Positions 8,300 through 16,340 are shown, counted from the first letter of the stretch. The stretch is DNA of 64,000 nt from an uncultured Bordetella sp. (GCA_964433345.1 CAYSQJ010000003.1:160365-224364); one strand, 5' to 3'. The notes: generated from the sequence alone by a model not told the origin. Program-made: numbers and translations.

Positions 8300-10186
8300 A
8301 TGGATACCGACCCGCGTTTCAAGGAATCCCGCGCCGCACTGACCCTCGCCGCCCTCGGCATCGTCTACGGCGACATCGGCACCAGCCCGCTCTACGCGGT
8401 GAAGGAAACCTTCGCCCCCGGTCACGCCATCCCCCTGCAGACCGGCACCATCCTCGGCGGCATCTCGGCCATCCTGTGGGCGCTGATGCTGGTGGTCTCC
8501 CTCAAGTACGTCGTCCTCATCATGCGCGCCCACAACAAGGGCGAGGGCGGCATCATGGCGCTGCTGGCGCTGGCCTCCTCGGCCTGCAAAAACCATCCCC
8601 GGCAGTACGCGGCGATCCTCTTCGCCGGACTCGCCGGCGCGGCGCTGTTCTACGGCGACGCGGTGCTGACCCCCGCGATCTCGGTGCTGTCCGCGGTCGA
8701 AGGCCTGGAAATAGGCACCTCCGCCTTCAAACCGTATGTGCTGCCGATTGCCTGCGGCGTGCTGATCGGACTGTTTTCCTTCCAGCGTTTCGGCACCGCG
8801 CGCGTCGGCGCGCTGTTCGGCCCGATCGTGATCCTCTGGTTCCTCGCGCTGAGCGCGGCGGGCCTGCAGGGCATCTCGCGCGCGCCGGAAATCCTGCGAG
8901 CGCTCGACCCGACCCACGCCTTCCATTTCGTCACCGGCCACGGCTTCGCGTCCTTCGTCGTGCTGGGCGCGGTGCTGCTGGCCTTCACCGGCGCCGAGGC
9001 GCTGTACGCGGACATGGGCCATTTCGGCAAGCAGGCGATCCGCAGCGCCTGGTTCGGCCTGGTGTTCCCCGCGCTGGCACTGAACTACCTCGGCCAGGGC
9101 GCACTGCTGCTGACCGAACCCTCGGCGGTGAACAATCCCTTCTATCTGCTCTACCCGGACTGGGCGCTGTACCCGATGGTGGTGCTCGCCACTGCGGCCA
9201 CCGTGATTGCTTCACAGGCGACGATCTCCGGCGCCTATTCGCTGACACGGCAGGCAATCCAGCTCGGCTACCTGCCGCGGATGAGCGTGCTGCAGACCTC
9301 GGCGAAGGAAGCCGGCCAGATCTACATGCCAGCGGTCAATTGGATCCTGCTTGCGGTGGTGATCGCCGCGGTGCTCGGCTTCGGCTCGTCATCCAGCCTC
9401 GCCTCGGCCTACGGCGTCGCCGTCACCGGCACCATGCTGGCGACGACCTTTCTCACCTTTTTCGTGATCCGTTACCACTGGGGCTACAACCTCGCGCTGT
9501 GCATCGCCGCCACCGGCTTTTTCATCGTCGTCGACCTCGCCTTCTTTTCCTCCAGCCTGCTCAAGGTCGCCGGCGGCGGCTGGTTCCCGCTGGCGCTGGG
9601 CTTGATGATGCTGGCGCTGATGCTGACCTGGCGCCGCGGCCGCCGCATCCTCGCCGACCGCCTGCGCGCCTCGGCGATTCCGGTCGAGGGTTTCTTCAAA
9701 TCGCTGCTGCGCTTCCCGCTGCACCGCGTGCCCGGCACCGCGGTGTTCATGGTCGCCGACGGCAACGCGGTGCCGCATGCGCTGCTGCACAACCTGTCAC
9801 ACAACAAGGTGCTGCATGAACGCGTGGTGCTGCTGACGGTGAGCGTCGCTGACGTGCCCTGGATTCCCTTCGGCGAACGGGTCACGGTGGAATCGCTGGG
9901 CAACGGCTGCTGGCGGGTGCGTCTGCATTTCGGCTTCAAGAACCGCACCGACGTGCCGCAGGCGCTGGAGCTGTGCCGTCAACACGGGCTCGAGTTCGAG
10001 ATGATGGAGACCTCGTTTTTCCTCAGCCGCGAAACGCTGGTGCCGGTGGCCGGCGGGGAGGACGGCATGGCGCTGTGGCGCGAGCGGCTGTTCGCGGCGA
10101 TGGCACGCAACGCCAGCAGCGTGGTCGAGTATTTCCACCTGCCGGCGAACCGCGTGATCGAACTGGGCACGCGCATCGAACTCTGA
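8300..10186 (+). CDS. kup: KUP/HAK/KT potassium uptake transporter
   Basis: GIVYGDIGTSPLY signature, multi-TM body, cytoplasmic C-domain; ATG at 8300 preceded by AGGAGG; track ORF start 8243 is an upstream extension. Confidence 0.9.
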   Translation: MDTDPRFKESRAALTLAALGIVYGDIGTSPLYAVKETFAPGHAIPLQTGTILGGISAILWALMLVVSLKYVVLIMRAHNKGEGGIMALLALASSACKNHPRQYAAILFAGLAGAALFYGDAVLTPAISVLSAVEGLEIGTSAFKPYVLPIACGVLIGLFSFQRFGTARVGALFGPIVILWFLALSAAGLQGISRAPEILRALDPTHAFHFVTGHGFASFVVLGAVLLAFTGAEALYADMGHFGKQAIRSAWFGLVFPALALNYLGQGALLLTEPSAVNNPFYLLYPDWALYPMVVLATAATVIASQATISGAYSLTRQAIQLGYLPRMSVLQTSAKEAGQIYMPAVNWILLAVVIAAVLGFGSSSSLASAYGVAVTGTMLATTFLTFFVIRYHWGYNLALCIAATGFFIVVDLAFFSSSLLKVAGGGWFPLALGLMMLALMLTWRRGRRILADRLRASAIPVEGFFKSLLRFPLHRVPGTAVFMVADGNAVPHALLHNLSHNKVLHERVVLLTVSVADVPWIPFGERVTVESLGNGCWRVRLHFGFKNRTDVPQALELCRQHGLEFEMMETSFFLSRETLVPVAGGEDGMALWRERLFAAMARNASSVVEYFHLPANRVIELGTRIEL

Positions 10187-10347
10187 ACGCGGGCCGAAGG
10201 TCTCGCAAGTCTGTTGAAAAAGTGATGCGCGAGCGCGTGGGGAGCGCAGCGACCAAGCGCACACGCGTACAAGCCATTGATTTAACGAGAGTCGAGAAAT
10301 CTTGTGCGCTAGCGAGCAACAACAATTTCGAGAACTTCAACATACTG

Positions 10348-10968
10348 CTAGAGCCGGCGGATCTCCAGGCGGCGCCAGCGGATCGGGCCGCCGGGCCGGC
10401 CGTCAAAACCGTTGCCGAACTGCAGCGCGATCGGGCCCGAGGCAAAGCGGACATCGCGCAATTGCACCGTCTGCACGCCATTGAGCCACACCCTGATCTG
10501 CGGACCCTCGGCGCGGATTTCCAGCAGATTCCAGCGCCCGCCGGCCTTATGCGGACCGGGAACCGGCACGCGCGCAAAACCGACAATCGCCCCCGTGCCG
10601 TACTCCGGGCCGGGGCGTTCATCATATATATTCACTTCATAACCGTGCATGGGTGTAATGTTTGAGGGATCGGACAGGCGCAGGAAAATGCCGCTGTTGG
10701 TCGCGGCCACGGCGAAAAACTCGGCACGCAGTTCGAAATCAGCGTAGGACTCCCGGGTCAGCAGGTAACCGCCCATGCCGCTGCCGCGGTCGGCGACGAT
10801 CGCACCGCCTTCGGCATGCCAGTTGGCATCGCCGCTGCGCGCGAAATTCGCCAGCCCGCGTTCGCCGTCGATCAGCGTGGTCCAGCCGGCCGGCCATTGC
10901 GCGCAGCCGGCAAACAGGACCAGTGCCGCCAGCCACAATCCATGCGGCCAACAGGATCTGCGTTTCAT
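10348..10968 (-). CDS. DUF1080 (3-keto-disaccharide hydrolase-like jelly-roll) lipoprotein
   Basis: Start MKRRSCWPHGLWLAALVLFAGC (lipobox LFAGC) with GGAG SD; DUF1080-like body (WxxxDG...NSGIFLR...YEVNI...WN..EI...G..I..WLNG); starts 26 nt after soxA stop. Confidence 0.7.
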   Translation of the reverse strand: MKRRSCWPHGLWLAALVLFAGCAQWPAGWTTLIDGERGLANFARSGDANWHAEGGAIVADRGSGMGGYLLTRESYADFELRAEFFAVAATNSGIFLRLSDPSNITPMHGYEVNIYDERPGPEYGTGAIVGFARVPVPGPHKAGGRWNLLEIRAEGPQIRVWLNGVQTVQLRDVRFASGPIALQFGNGFDGRPGGPIRWRRLEIRRL

Positions 10969-10994
10969 TTGTTCTCCGATGTTGTCGCGGGTGC

Positions 10995-11870
10995 TCAGCG
11001 CCGCACTCCCGGCGTTTCCACTTTCAGCCCTGAGCCGCGGCGCGCCAGATACAGCTCGAGGTCGAGCAGCTCCTCCGAACCAAAGGCCGGCTGTTCGGCG
11101 CGCACGCCGAAATAACAGGCGCGCAGCCGCCGCTGCAGGGAGCCGACTGCCTGCCATTCCAGGCGATACACCGGGTAGGCGTTGCCATGGCCTTCGCTGA
11201 TGGTGTCGGCCAGCAGCTTGCGCCCGGCGTTCTGAACATGGCAGTGGATGCAGGCAAGGTTCATCTGGCCCTGGCGCCGGTGGAAAATCTCGCGGCCACG
11301 TTGCAGCGCGGCCTGCTCTTCCTTCGCCGCCGGCTGCAAGGGCTGGCCGCGCGACTGGTGCGCGACGTAGGCAGTCAATGCCAGCAGTTCCTCCGATTCG
11401 TACCGCAGCGGAGCGGCCTGTTGCCGCTCAGTACGACAGCCGTTGATGCGTCCCTCGACATTGACCACTTTCGAGGTCGCCGCATCGACGCGGGGATAAC
11501 GCGGTGCGACATCCTTCATGCTCGCTGCCGCATCACCATGACAACTCGCGCAGGATTGCGCGCTGCGTCCCACAGGCGTACTCCAGAGTTTTTCACCGCG
11601 CACCACCCACAGCATGCCGGGATTGGCGAAATCGTCGGCCTGCATGGCGCGGATGTCCGGACTGGCAAATTCAATGCCGGATCTGGGTTTTGTTGTTGTG
11701 ATTGCCTGCTGTGCGAGCGCCGGTGGAATCAACACGACGCAACAAACCGCACAGACGTTGGGTAGCAGAGACAGTAAAAAACGTATGCGTTTCAGCAGCT
11801 TGGCGCATCGCTGCTGGATGCCTGTTGCCTCTGCCCAACAGCAGGGCCCCCGATGAAATGCATTAAGCAT
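10995..11870 (-). CDS. soxA: sulfur-oxidation c-type cytochrome SoxA (diheme type)
   Basis: Two CxxCH (CASCH, CIHCH), conserved C-terminal region LQRRLRACYFGVRAEQ...ELYL...VETPGVRR; start codon uncertain (only in-frame ATG, no SD, long N-region). Confidence 0.85.
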   Translation of the reverse strand: MLNAFHRGPCCWAEATGIQQRCAKLLKRIRFLLSLLPNVCAVCCVVLIPPALAQQAITTTKPRSGIEFASPDIRAMQADDFANPGMLWVVRGEKLWSTPVGRSAQSCASCHGDAAASMKDVAPRYPRVDAATSKVVNVEGRINGCRTERQQAAPLRYESEELLALTAYVAHQSRGQPLQPAAKEEQAALQRGREIFHRRQGQMNLACIHCHVQNAGRKLLADTISEGHGNAYPVYRLEWQAVGSLQRRLRACYFGVRAEQPAFGSEELLDLELYLARRGSGLKVETPGVRR

Positions 11871-11876
11871 TTGATT
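11864..11876 (-). promoter_or_regulatory. IHF-consensus site
   Basis: AATCAAATGCTTA (minus strand) exact match to WATCAANNNNTTR; overlaps soxA start codon. Confidence 0.4.
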
Positions 11877-11894
11877 TTAAACAACTATTTTTCC

Positions 11895-11910
11895 TGGCAC
11901 GGAATACGCT
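11895..11910 (+). promoter_or_regulatory. sigma54-type (-24/-12) promoter for the small secreted peptide gene
   Basis: TGGCACGGAATACGCT: GG-N10-GC spacing exact; 58 nt upstream of ATG 11968; flanking 45 bp resemble the glnK promoter region. Confidence 0.5.
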
Positions 11911-11967
11911 CATATCCAGTGGCAGGCAAGCATGTCTGTATTTTTGCAAATCAACAGGAGCATCTCC

Positions 11968-12144
11968 ATGAGCACGAAACATCTCCGCAAATTCACCCTT
12001 CCCCTTGCCGCAGCTGCCGTACTCGCCGTGAGCAGCGCGGCGTTTGCCGGCACTACCGCCAGCACGACGCCGCAGCAGTCCGCGGAAAAACCCGTCGACT
12101 GCAAGAAAACGCCGGATCACGATCGCTGCAAAGGCAAGAAGTAA
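11968..12144 (+). CDS. small secreted Cys-pair, Lys-rich peptide (58 aa precursor)
   Basis: AGGAG SD 7 nt upstream; signal peptide ...AVSSAAFA/GT; mature about 31 aa with C-X8-C and KGKK tail; GC3-rich codons; sigma54-type promoter upstream and hairpin downstream. Confidence 0.45.
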   Translation: MSTKHLRKFTLPLAAAAVLAVSSAAFAGTTASTTPQQSAEKPVDCKKTPDHDRCKGKK

Positions 12145-12181
12145 TCGTAGCGCGCCGGGGCACAATGATTCCCGGCAACTT

Positions 12182-12212
12182 CATACCGGCCGCGTAAATC
12201 GCGGCCGGTATG
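12182..12212. terminator. hairpin between convergent small-peptide gene and soxZ
   Basis: CATACCGGCCGCG-TAAAT-CGCGGCCGGTATG perfect 13-bp stem; followed by ATTT on + strand only. Confidence 0.5.
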
Positions 12213-12215
12213 ATT

Positions 12216-12539
12216 TCAGGCCGCGCTCACGGTGATGGCCGCTCGCGACTCGCCGCGCTCGCCCGAATCGTCACGCCACTCGAACACGAATTCTCCGCTC
12301 TCCTGCACCCGCACCGGAAACTGCAGCAGCGGGTTCGCGGCAATGCCCGAGCCCATCTCGGCCCTGAACACCTCGACCCCGTTGTAGCGACAGACCAGGG
12401 TGTTGATCACGTTTTTCGGAATGCGCCGGCCGAAATGATCCGGCCGGTAACCGGTCTCCATCGGATGCTGGATGGCGATGCGCAGTTGCACGATCTCGCC
12501 GCGTCGCGCGTTTGCAGGTACCTGTACGCGGGACAGCAT
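12216..12539 (-). CDS. soxZ: sulfur carrier complex protein SoxZ
   Basis: 107 aa from MLSRVQVPANARRGE; HPMETG motif and SoxZ-like C-terminus; start 1 nt after soxY stop. Confidence 0.85.
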   Translation of the reverse strand: MLSRVQVPANARRGEIVQLRIAIQHPMETGYRPDHFGRRIPKNVINTLVCRYNGVEVFRAEMGSGIAANPLLQFPVRVQESGEFVFEWRDDSGERGESRAAITVSAA

Positions 12540-12540
12540 C

Positions 12541-12990
12541 TCAGCCCTCGAGGCAAGCGAGTTCGGTGACAACCACGTGTGCCCCGCCCATCCACCAGCT
12601 GCCGTCGGACAGTTGCGCCAGTGCCAGCACATCCTGGATGTCGGCGAGCCGGATGCGTGTGGCAATTTCCGCCTTCCCGGAATGCGGTCCCAGCGAGAAA
12701 CTCGCGACCACCGGACGCGGATTGCGCTCGGCGAGCAGCGTGATGCGGCGCACGTGGTCCTGCGCCGTCATCGGGCTGTCGACCAGCACCCGCACCGCGA
12801 CCGAATGACCGTTGTCAGCCAGCGGCGGCGTGTCGACAGTGACCCTGCCGGCATTGACCGGAGCACCGCCGGTCACTTCACGCAGCAGCGCGGCACGCTG
12901 CGGATTCTGCTGGGCTGCAGCCAGGCGCGTGCACAGCAGTCCCCCGGCAAGCGCGGTGCTGGTCAGCAGGAAACGGCGGCGGTCAGGCAT
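12541..12990 (-). CDS. soxY: SoxY-family sulfur carrier protein with non-canonical C-terminal arm (…VVVTELACLEG)
   Basis: Tat signal MPDRRRFLL; SoxY fold-like body; single C-terminal Cys in ACLEG context instead of GGCGG. Confidence 0.8.
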   Translation of the reverse strand: MPDRRRFLLTSTALAGGLLCTRLAAAQQNPQRAALLREVTGGAPVNAGRVTVDTPPLADNGHSVAVRVLVDSPMTAQDHVRRITLLAERNPRPVVASFSLGPHSGKAEIATRIRLADIQDVLALAQLSDGSWWMGGAHVVVTELACLEG

Positions 12991-12997
12991 CAGCGGA

Positions 12998-13438
12998 TTA
13001 TTTCAGGGTTTGCAGGTAAGCGACCACGTCTTCGATCTGTGCGGCACTGAGCACCGGTTTGCCGCGGTAAGCCGCGGCCACCCGGTTCAGGCCGTCGATC
13101 CTGTAGTAAGACGGCATCACAGTCTCCGGGTTCAAACGCGACTGGTCAACGATACGCAACCGCAGCTGGGCCGCCGACAGCCGCGCACCTATGCCGGACA
13201 GCGGCGGCGCAATGTTGCCCATGAAGCGCTGTCCGGTTTCGGGCACCGCGTGGCAAAGCAGGCAATTGGCCTCGCGTCCCGCAATGATGTCGCGGCCGCG
13301 CAGCGGATCGCCCGGCTGCGCGGACAGCGGCGCGAGGATCGCATCGCCGTCGACCCGGTAGGGAACAAGAGCCTGCGGCGCCGCCACGGCACAGGCAGCC
13401 GTCGCGGCACACAGCAGGCTCCAGGCCGGAACGCGCAT
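12998..13438 (-). CDS. soxX: monoheme c-type cytochrome SoxX
   Basis: 146 aa from MRVPAWSLL (signal peptide); CLLCH heme site; GNIAPPLSGIG...LNPETVMPSYY...IEDVVAYLQTLK typical of SoxX; longer track ORF (to 14074) overlaps iorB out of frame. Confidence 0.8.
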   Translation of the reverse strand: MRVPAWSLLCAATAACAVAAPQALVPYRVDGDAILAPLSAQPGDPLRGRDIIAGREANCLLCHAVPETGQRFMGNIAPPLSGIGARLSAAQLRLRIVDQSRLNPETVMPSYYRIDGLNRVAAAYRGKPVLSAAQIEDVVAYLQTLK

Positions 13439-13449
13439 TGCGCCCCGGC

Positions 13450-15660
13450 TCAGACCAGCGTCAGCCCCTGCTTCGACAACGGCAGGCTGCGCACCGGCTT
13501 GCCGGTCGCGGCATGGATGGCATTGAGGATCGCCGGCACCACGACGCAGATCGTCGGTTCGCCGACACCGCCCCAGAAGTCGCCGGTCACCGGCAGAATC
13601 ACTTCGACCTTGGGCATTTCGGCGATTTTCATGACGCGGAAATTGTGGAAGTTGGTTTCCACGATGCGTCCGTTGGCCACCGAGATCTCGCTCTGCAGCG
13701 TGGTCATGCCGTAGGCCACCGAGCCCTCGATCTGCGCCGCCGTCTGGTCCGGATTGACCACGTTGCCGCAATCGAGCGCGAACACGCAGCGATGCACCTT
13801 CACTTCGCCCTTGGCGCTGACCGAAACCTCGGCCACCGCGGCGGAATAGCTGCCGTAACCCATGAACTGGGCAATGCCGCGGAATACGCCTTTCGGCAGC
13901 GGCTTGCCCCAGCCGGCCTTCTCGGCGGCGGCATTGAGCACACCCAGATGCTTCGGGCGTTCGCTCATCAGCGCGCGGCGGAACTCCAGCGGATCCCTGC
14001 CGGCCAGCCGCGCCACCTCGTCCATGAAACACTCGAGGAAGATGCCGTTCTGGTTGGTATTGACGCCACGCCACGGACCCACCGGCAGGTGAGTGTTGCG
14101 CATGGCGTATTCAGTGCGCAGGTTGGCGTGGGTGTAGCCGATCTGGGCATCGCCCTGCAGCGTCGGCCACAGGCCCTGCAGCTGGCGCCGGTCCTTGCCG
14201 TCCTTGATCGCCGCCGGATTGGCAAAGGCGTTGATCGACTGGCCGGACACGCGGATGTGCAGGCCGGTCAGGTTACCCTTGGCGTCGACACCCGCGGTCA
14301 TTCGCGCCTGGGCAATGGGCCGGTAGAAATCATGAGCCTGGTCTTCCTCGCGGCTCCACACCATTTTCACCGGCTGGCCGGGGAAAGCCTTGGCAATCGC
14401 GACACCCTGGCGCACCACGTCCTGGTTGCCGATGCGGCGGCCGAAGCCGCCACCCAGATCCATGACATAGACCTCGCACTTGTCGAGCGGCAGCCCTGAC
14501 GAGGAGGACAGCGCGGCGAGCGAAGCCTCGGCATTCTGGGTCGGAATCCAGATTTCGGCCCTGTCCGGCGACAGTTTCACCGTGCAGTTCATCGGCTCCA
14601 TCGTGGTGTGCGAGGTGAAGGGCACGCTGTAGACGGCCTCGATCTTCTTCGCCGAGGCGGCAATCGCCTTCGGCGCGTCGCCGGTGTCGATGTCGGCAAA
14701 GGCGTCGCTCGAGGTCAACCCCGATTCCAGGTGTTTCGCGATCGAGGCACTGTTGACCTTGGCATGAGGACCTTCATCCCAGACGATGGGCAGCGCGTCG
14801 AGCGCCTTCTTCGCCCGCCACCAGGTATCGGCCACCACCGCGACGGTGCTGTCGTTGATTTTCAGCACCCGCTTTACGCCAGGCATGCCCATGATCTTCG
14901 ATTCGTCAAAACTCAGCAGCTTGCCACCATAGACCGGACAGGCCTTGACGGTCGCGTGCAGCATGCCGGGCATTTTCAGATCAATGGCGTAGACCTTGGC
15001 ACCGTTGAGCTTGTCGGCGGTATCCAGGCGGCGCAGACCCTTGCCGGCGATTTTCCAGTCCTTGACCGGTTTGAGCTGGATGCTTTTCGGATCGGGCGGC
15101 GCAAGTTTCGCTGCCGCGGTCGCAACCTTGCCGTAGCTGGTACTGCGGCCGGAGCCGGCGTGGGTAATCACGCCGCTGGCAACGCGGAGCTCGCCGACCG
15201 GCACGCCCCATTCATTGGCTGCCGCCTGCAGCAGCAGCATGCGCGCCGCCGCACCGCCGCGCCGCACGTAGTCCTGCGATTCGCGGATACCGCGGCTGCC
15301 TGCAGTCGACATCACGCCCCAGGCACGCTTGCGTGCAAGGTTCTGGCCGGCGGTTATTTTCTCAGTCGTGACTTTTTTCCAGTCGCATTCCAGTTCCTCT
15401 GCCACCAGCTGGGCAAGACCGGTCAGCGTGCCCTGGCCCATTTCGGCCCGGGCAATGCGGATCACGCAGGTATCGTCGGGCTTCACCACCACCCAGATGT
15501 TGACCTCGGCATCCGCCGCAGCACCCTGTGCAGCGGCGCTGCCGATTCCGAAAGGCAGGTGGAATCCCAGCACGAGGCCGGTGCCGGCTGCCGCGCTGCC
15601 AACGAGAAACTTGCGACGGGAAACTTTCGGAGCTTGTCCGGGATTCATAAGGTCATTCAT
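13450..15660 (-). CDS. xanthine dehydrogenase-family molybdopterin-binding subunit (IorB-like), Tat-exported
   Basis: 736 aa; Tat motif SRRKFLVGSAAAGTGLVLG; aldehyde oxidase/XDH-type large subunit architecture; GGAGAG SD; starts 16 nt after iorA-like stop. Confidence 0.85.
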   Translation of the reverse strand: MNDLMNPGQAPKVSRRKFLVGSAAAGTGLVLGFHLPFGIGSAAAQGAAADAEVNIWVVVKPDDTCVIRIARAEMGQGTLTGLAQLVAEELECDWKKVTTEKITAGQNLARKRAWGVMSTAGSRGIRESQDYVRRGGAAARMLLLQAAANEWGVPVGELRVASGVITHAGSGRSTSYGKVATAAAKLAPPDPKSIQLKPVKDWKIAGKGLRRLDTADKLNGAKVYAIDLKMPGMLHATVKACPVYGGKLLSFDESKIMGMPGVKRVLKINDSTVAVVADTWWRAKKALDALPIVWDEGPHAKVNSASIAKHLESGLTSSDAFADIDTGDAPKAIAASAKKIEAVYSVPFTSHTTMEPMNCTVKLSPDRAEIWIPTQNAEASLAALSSSSGLPLDKCEVYVMDLGGGFGRRIGNQDVVRQGVAIAKAFPGQPVKMVWSREEDQAHDFYRPIAQARMTAGVDAKGNLTGLHIRVSGQSINAFANPAAIKDGKDRRQLQGLWPTLQGDAQIGYTHANLRTEYAMRNTHLPVGPWRGVNTNQNGIFLECFMDEVARLAGRDPLEFRRALMSERPKHLGVLNAAAEKAGWGKPLPKGVFRGIAQFMGYGSYSAAVAEVSVSAKGEVKVHRCVFALDCGNVVNPDQTAAQIEGSVAYGMTTLQSEISVANGRIVETNFHNFRVMKIAEMPKVEVILPVTGDFWGGVGEPTICVVVPAILNAIHAATGKPVRSLPLSKQGLTLV

Positions 15661-15676
15661 GTCGTCTCTCCCCGGC

Positions 15677-16171
15677 TCAGGCGTTCTGTTGATCGGCAAC
15701 CGGCATATCGACGGCAGCAACTTTGCCGCCGGCAGCCATGTGAACCGCAGCGCGAATGCGGTGGTAAGTGCCGCAGCGGCAGATATTGGTCATTGCTTCG
15801 TCGATGTCCTTGTCCGTGGGCTTCGGCTTTTTCGCCAGCAACGCCGCGGCCGCCATGATCTGGCCCGACTGGCAATAGCCGCACTGCGGCACGTCGATCG
15901 CCGCCCAGGCCTTCTGTACCGGATGCGAGCCGTCCTTCGACAGGCCCTCGATGGTGGTGATGCGGTCGCCCGGCTTGAGTGCCGAGACCGGCAACGCGCA
16001 GGAGCGCACGACTTCACCGTTAAGATGAATCGAGCAGGCACCGCACTGCGCCACGCCGCATCCGTACTTGGTACCGGTCAGTCCGACCTGTTCGCGGATT
16101 GCCCATAACAGCGGGGTATCGGCCTCGACGTTGACCTCGTAATTGCGGCCATTGATGTTCAGTTGCGCCAT
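15677..16171 (-). CDS. (2Fe-2S)-binding small subunit of molybdenum hydroxylase (IorA-like)
   Basis: 164 aa; CGVAQCGAC and CGYCQSGQ cluster motifs; GAGGAG SD. Confidence 0.85.
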   Translation of the reverse strand: MAQLNINGRNYEVNVEADTPLLWAIREQVGLTGTKYGCGVAQCGACSIHLNGEVVRSCALPVSALKPGDRITTIEGLSKDGSHPVQKAWAAIDVPQCGYCQSGQIMAAAALLAKKPKPTDKDIDEAMTNICRCGTYHRIRAAVHMAAGGKVAAVDMPVADQQNA

Positions 16172-16312
16172 GACTGCTCCTCAGCGGGTTGTTGAATAAC
16201 GGCATTGCAGGCCGTGCCGGACTGCGCGCGGCGGCTGGCTGAATTCCCCGGATGAGTCTTGTGGCCTGCGGTCGATCGCCGCATGGGCGCGCAAAGGAAT
16301 GCGCGAACGGCA

Positions 16313-16340
16313 GATTATGCCGCCCCATGGCCACGGTCAA
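16313..16340 (-). promoter_or_regulatory. candidate sigma70 promoter for the iorAB-soxXYZ transcription unit
   Basis: minus strand TTGACC-N16-ATAATC, about 135 nt upstream of the iorA-like ATG. Confidence 0.3.

Noticed and set aside
10187-10347. 161-bp gap between convergent kup and DUF1080 genes, examined for tRNA, sRNA or a terminator
   Set aside because: No tRNA-like T-arm or GTTCGA motif is present. There are only an 8-bp inverted repeat (AGCGCACA/TGTGCGCT), with no U-run, and one IHF-consensus hit. This is insufficient for an RNA gene call.
12998-14074. 358-aa ORF suggesting a large SoxX-containing protein
   Set aside because: Only the last 146 aa (from MRVPAWSLL, 13438) look like a signal peptide plus SoxX. 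The upstream 212 aa overlap the IorB-like gene out of frame and are Arg/Gly-rich noise.
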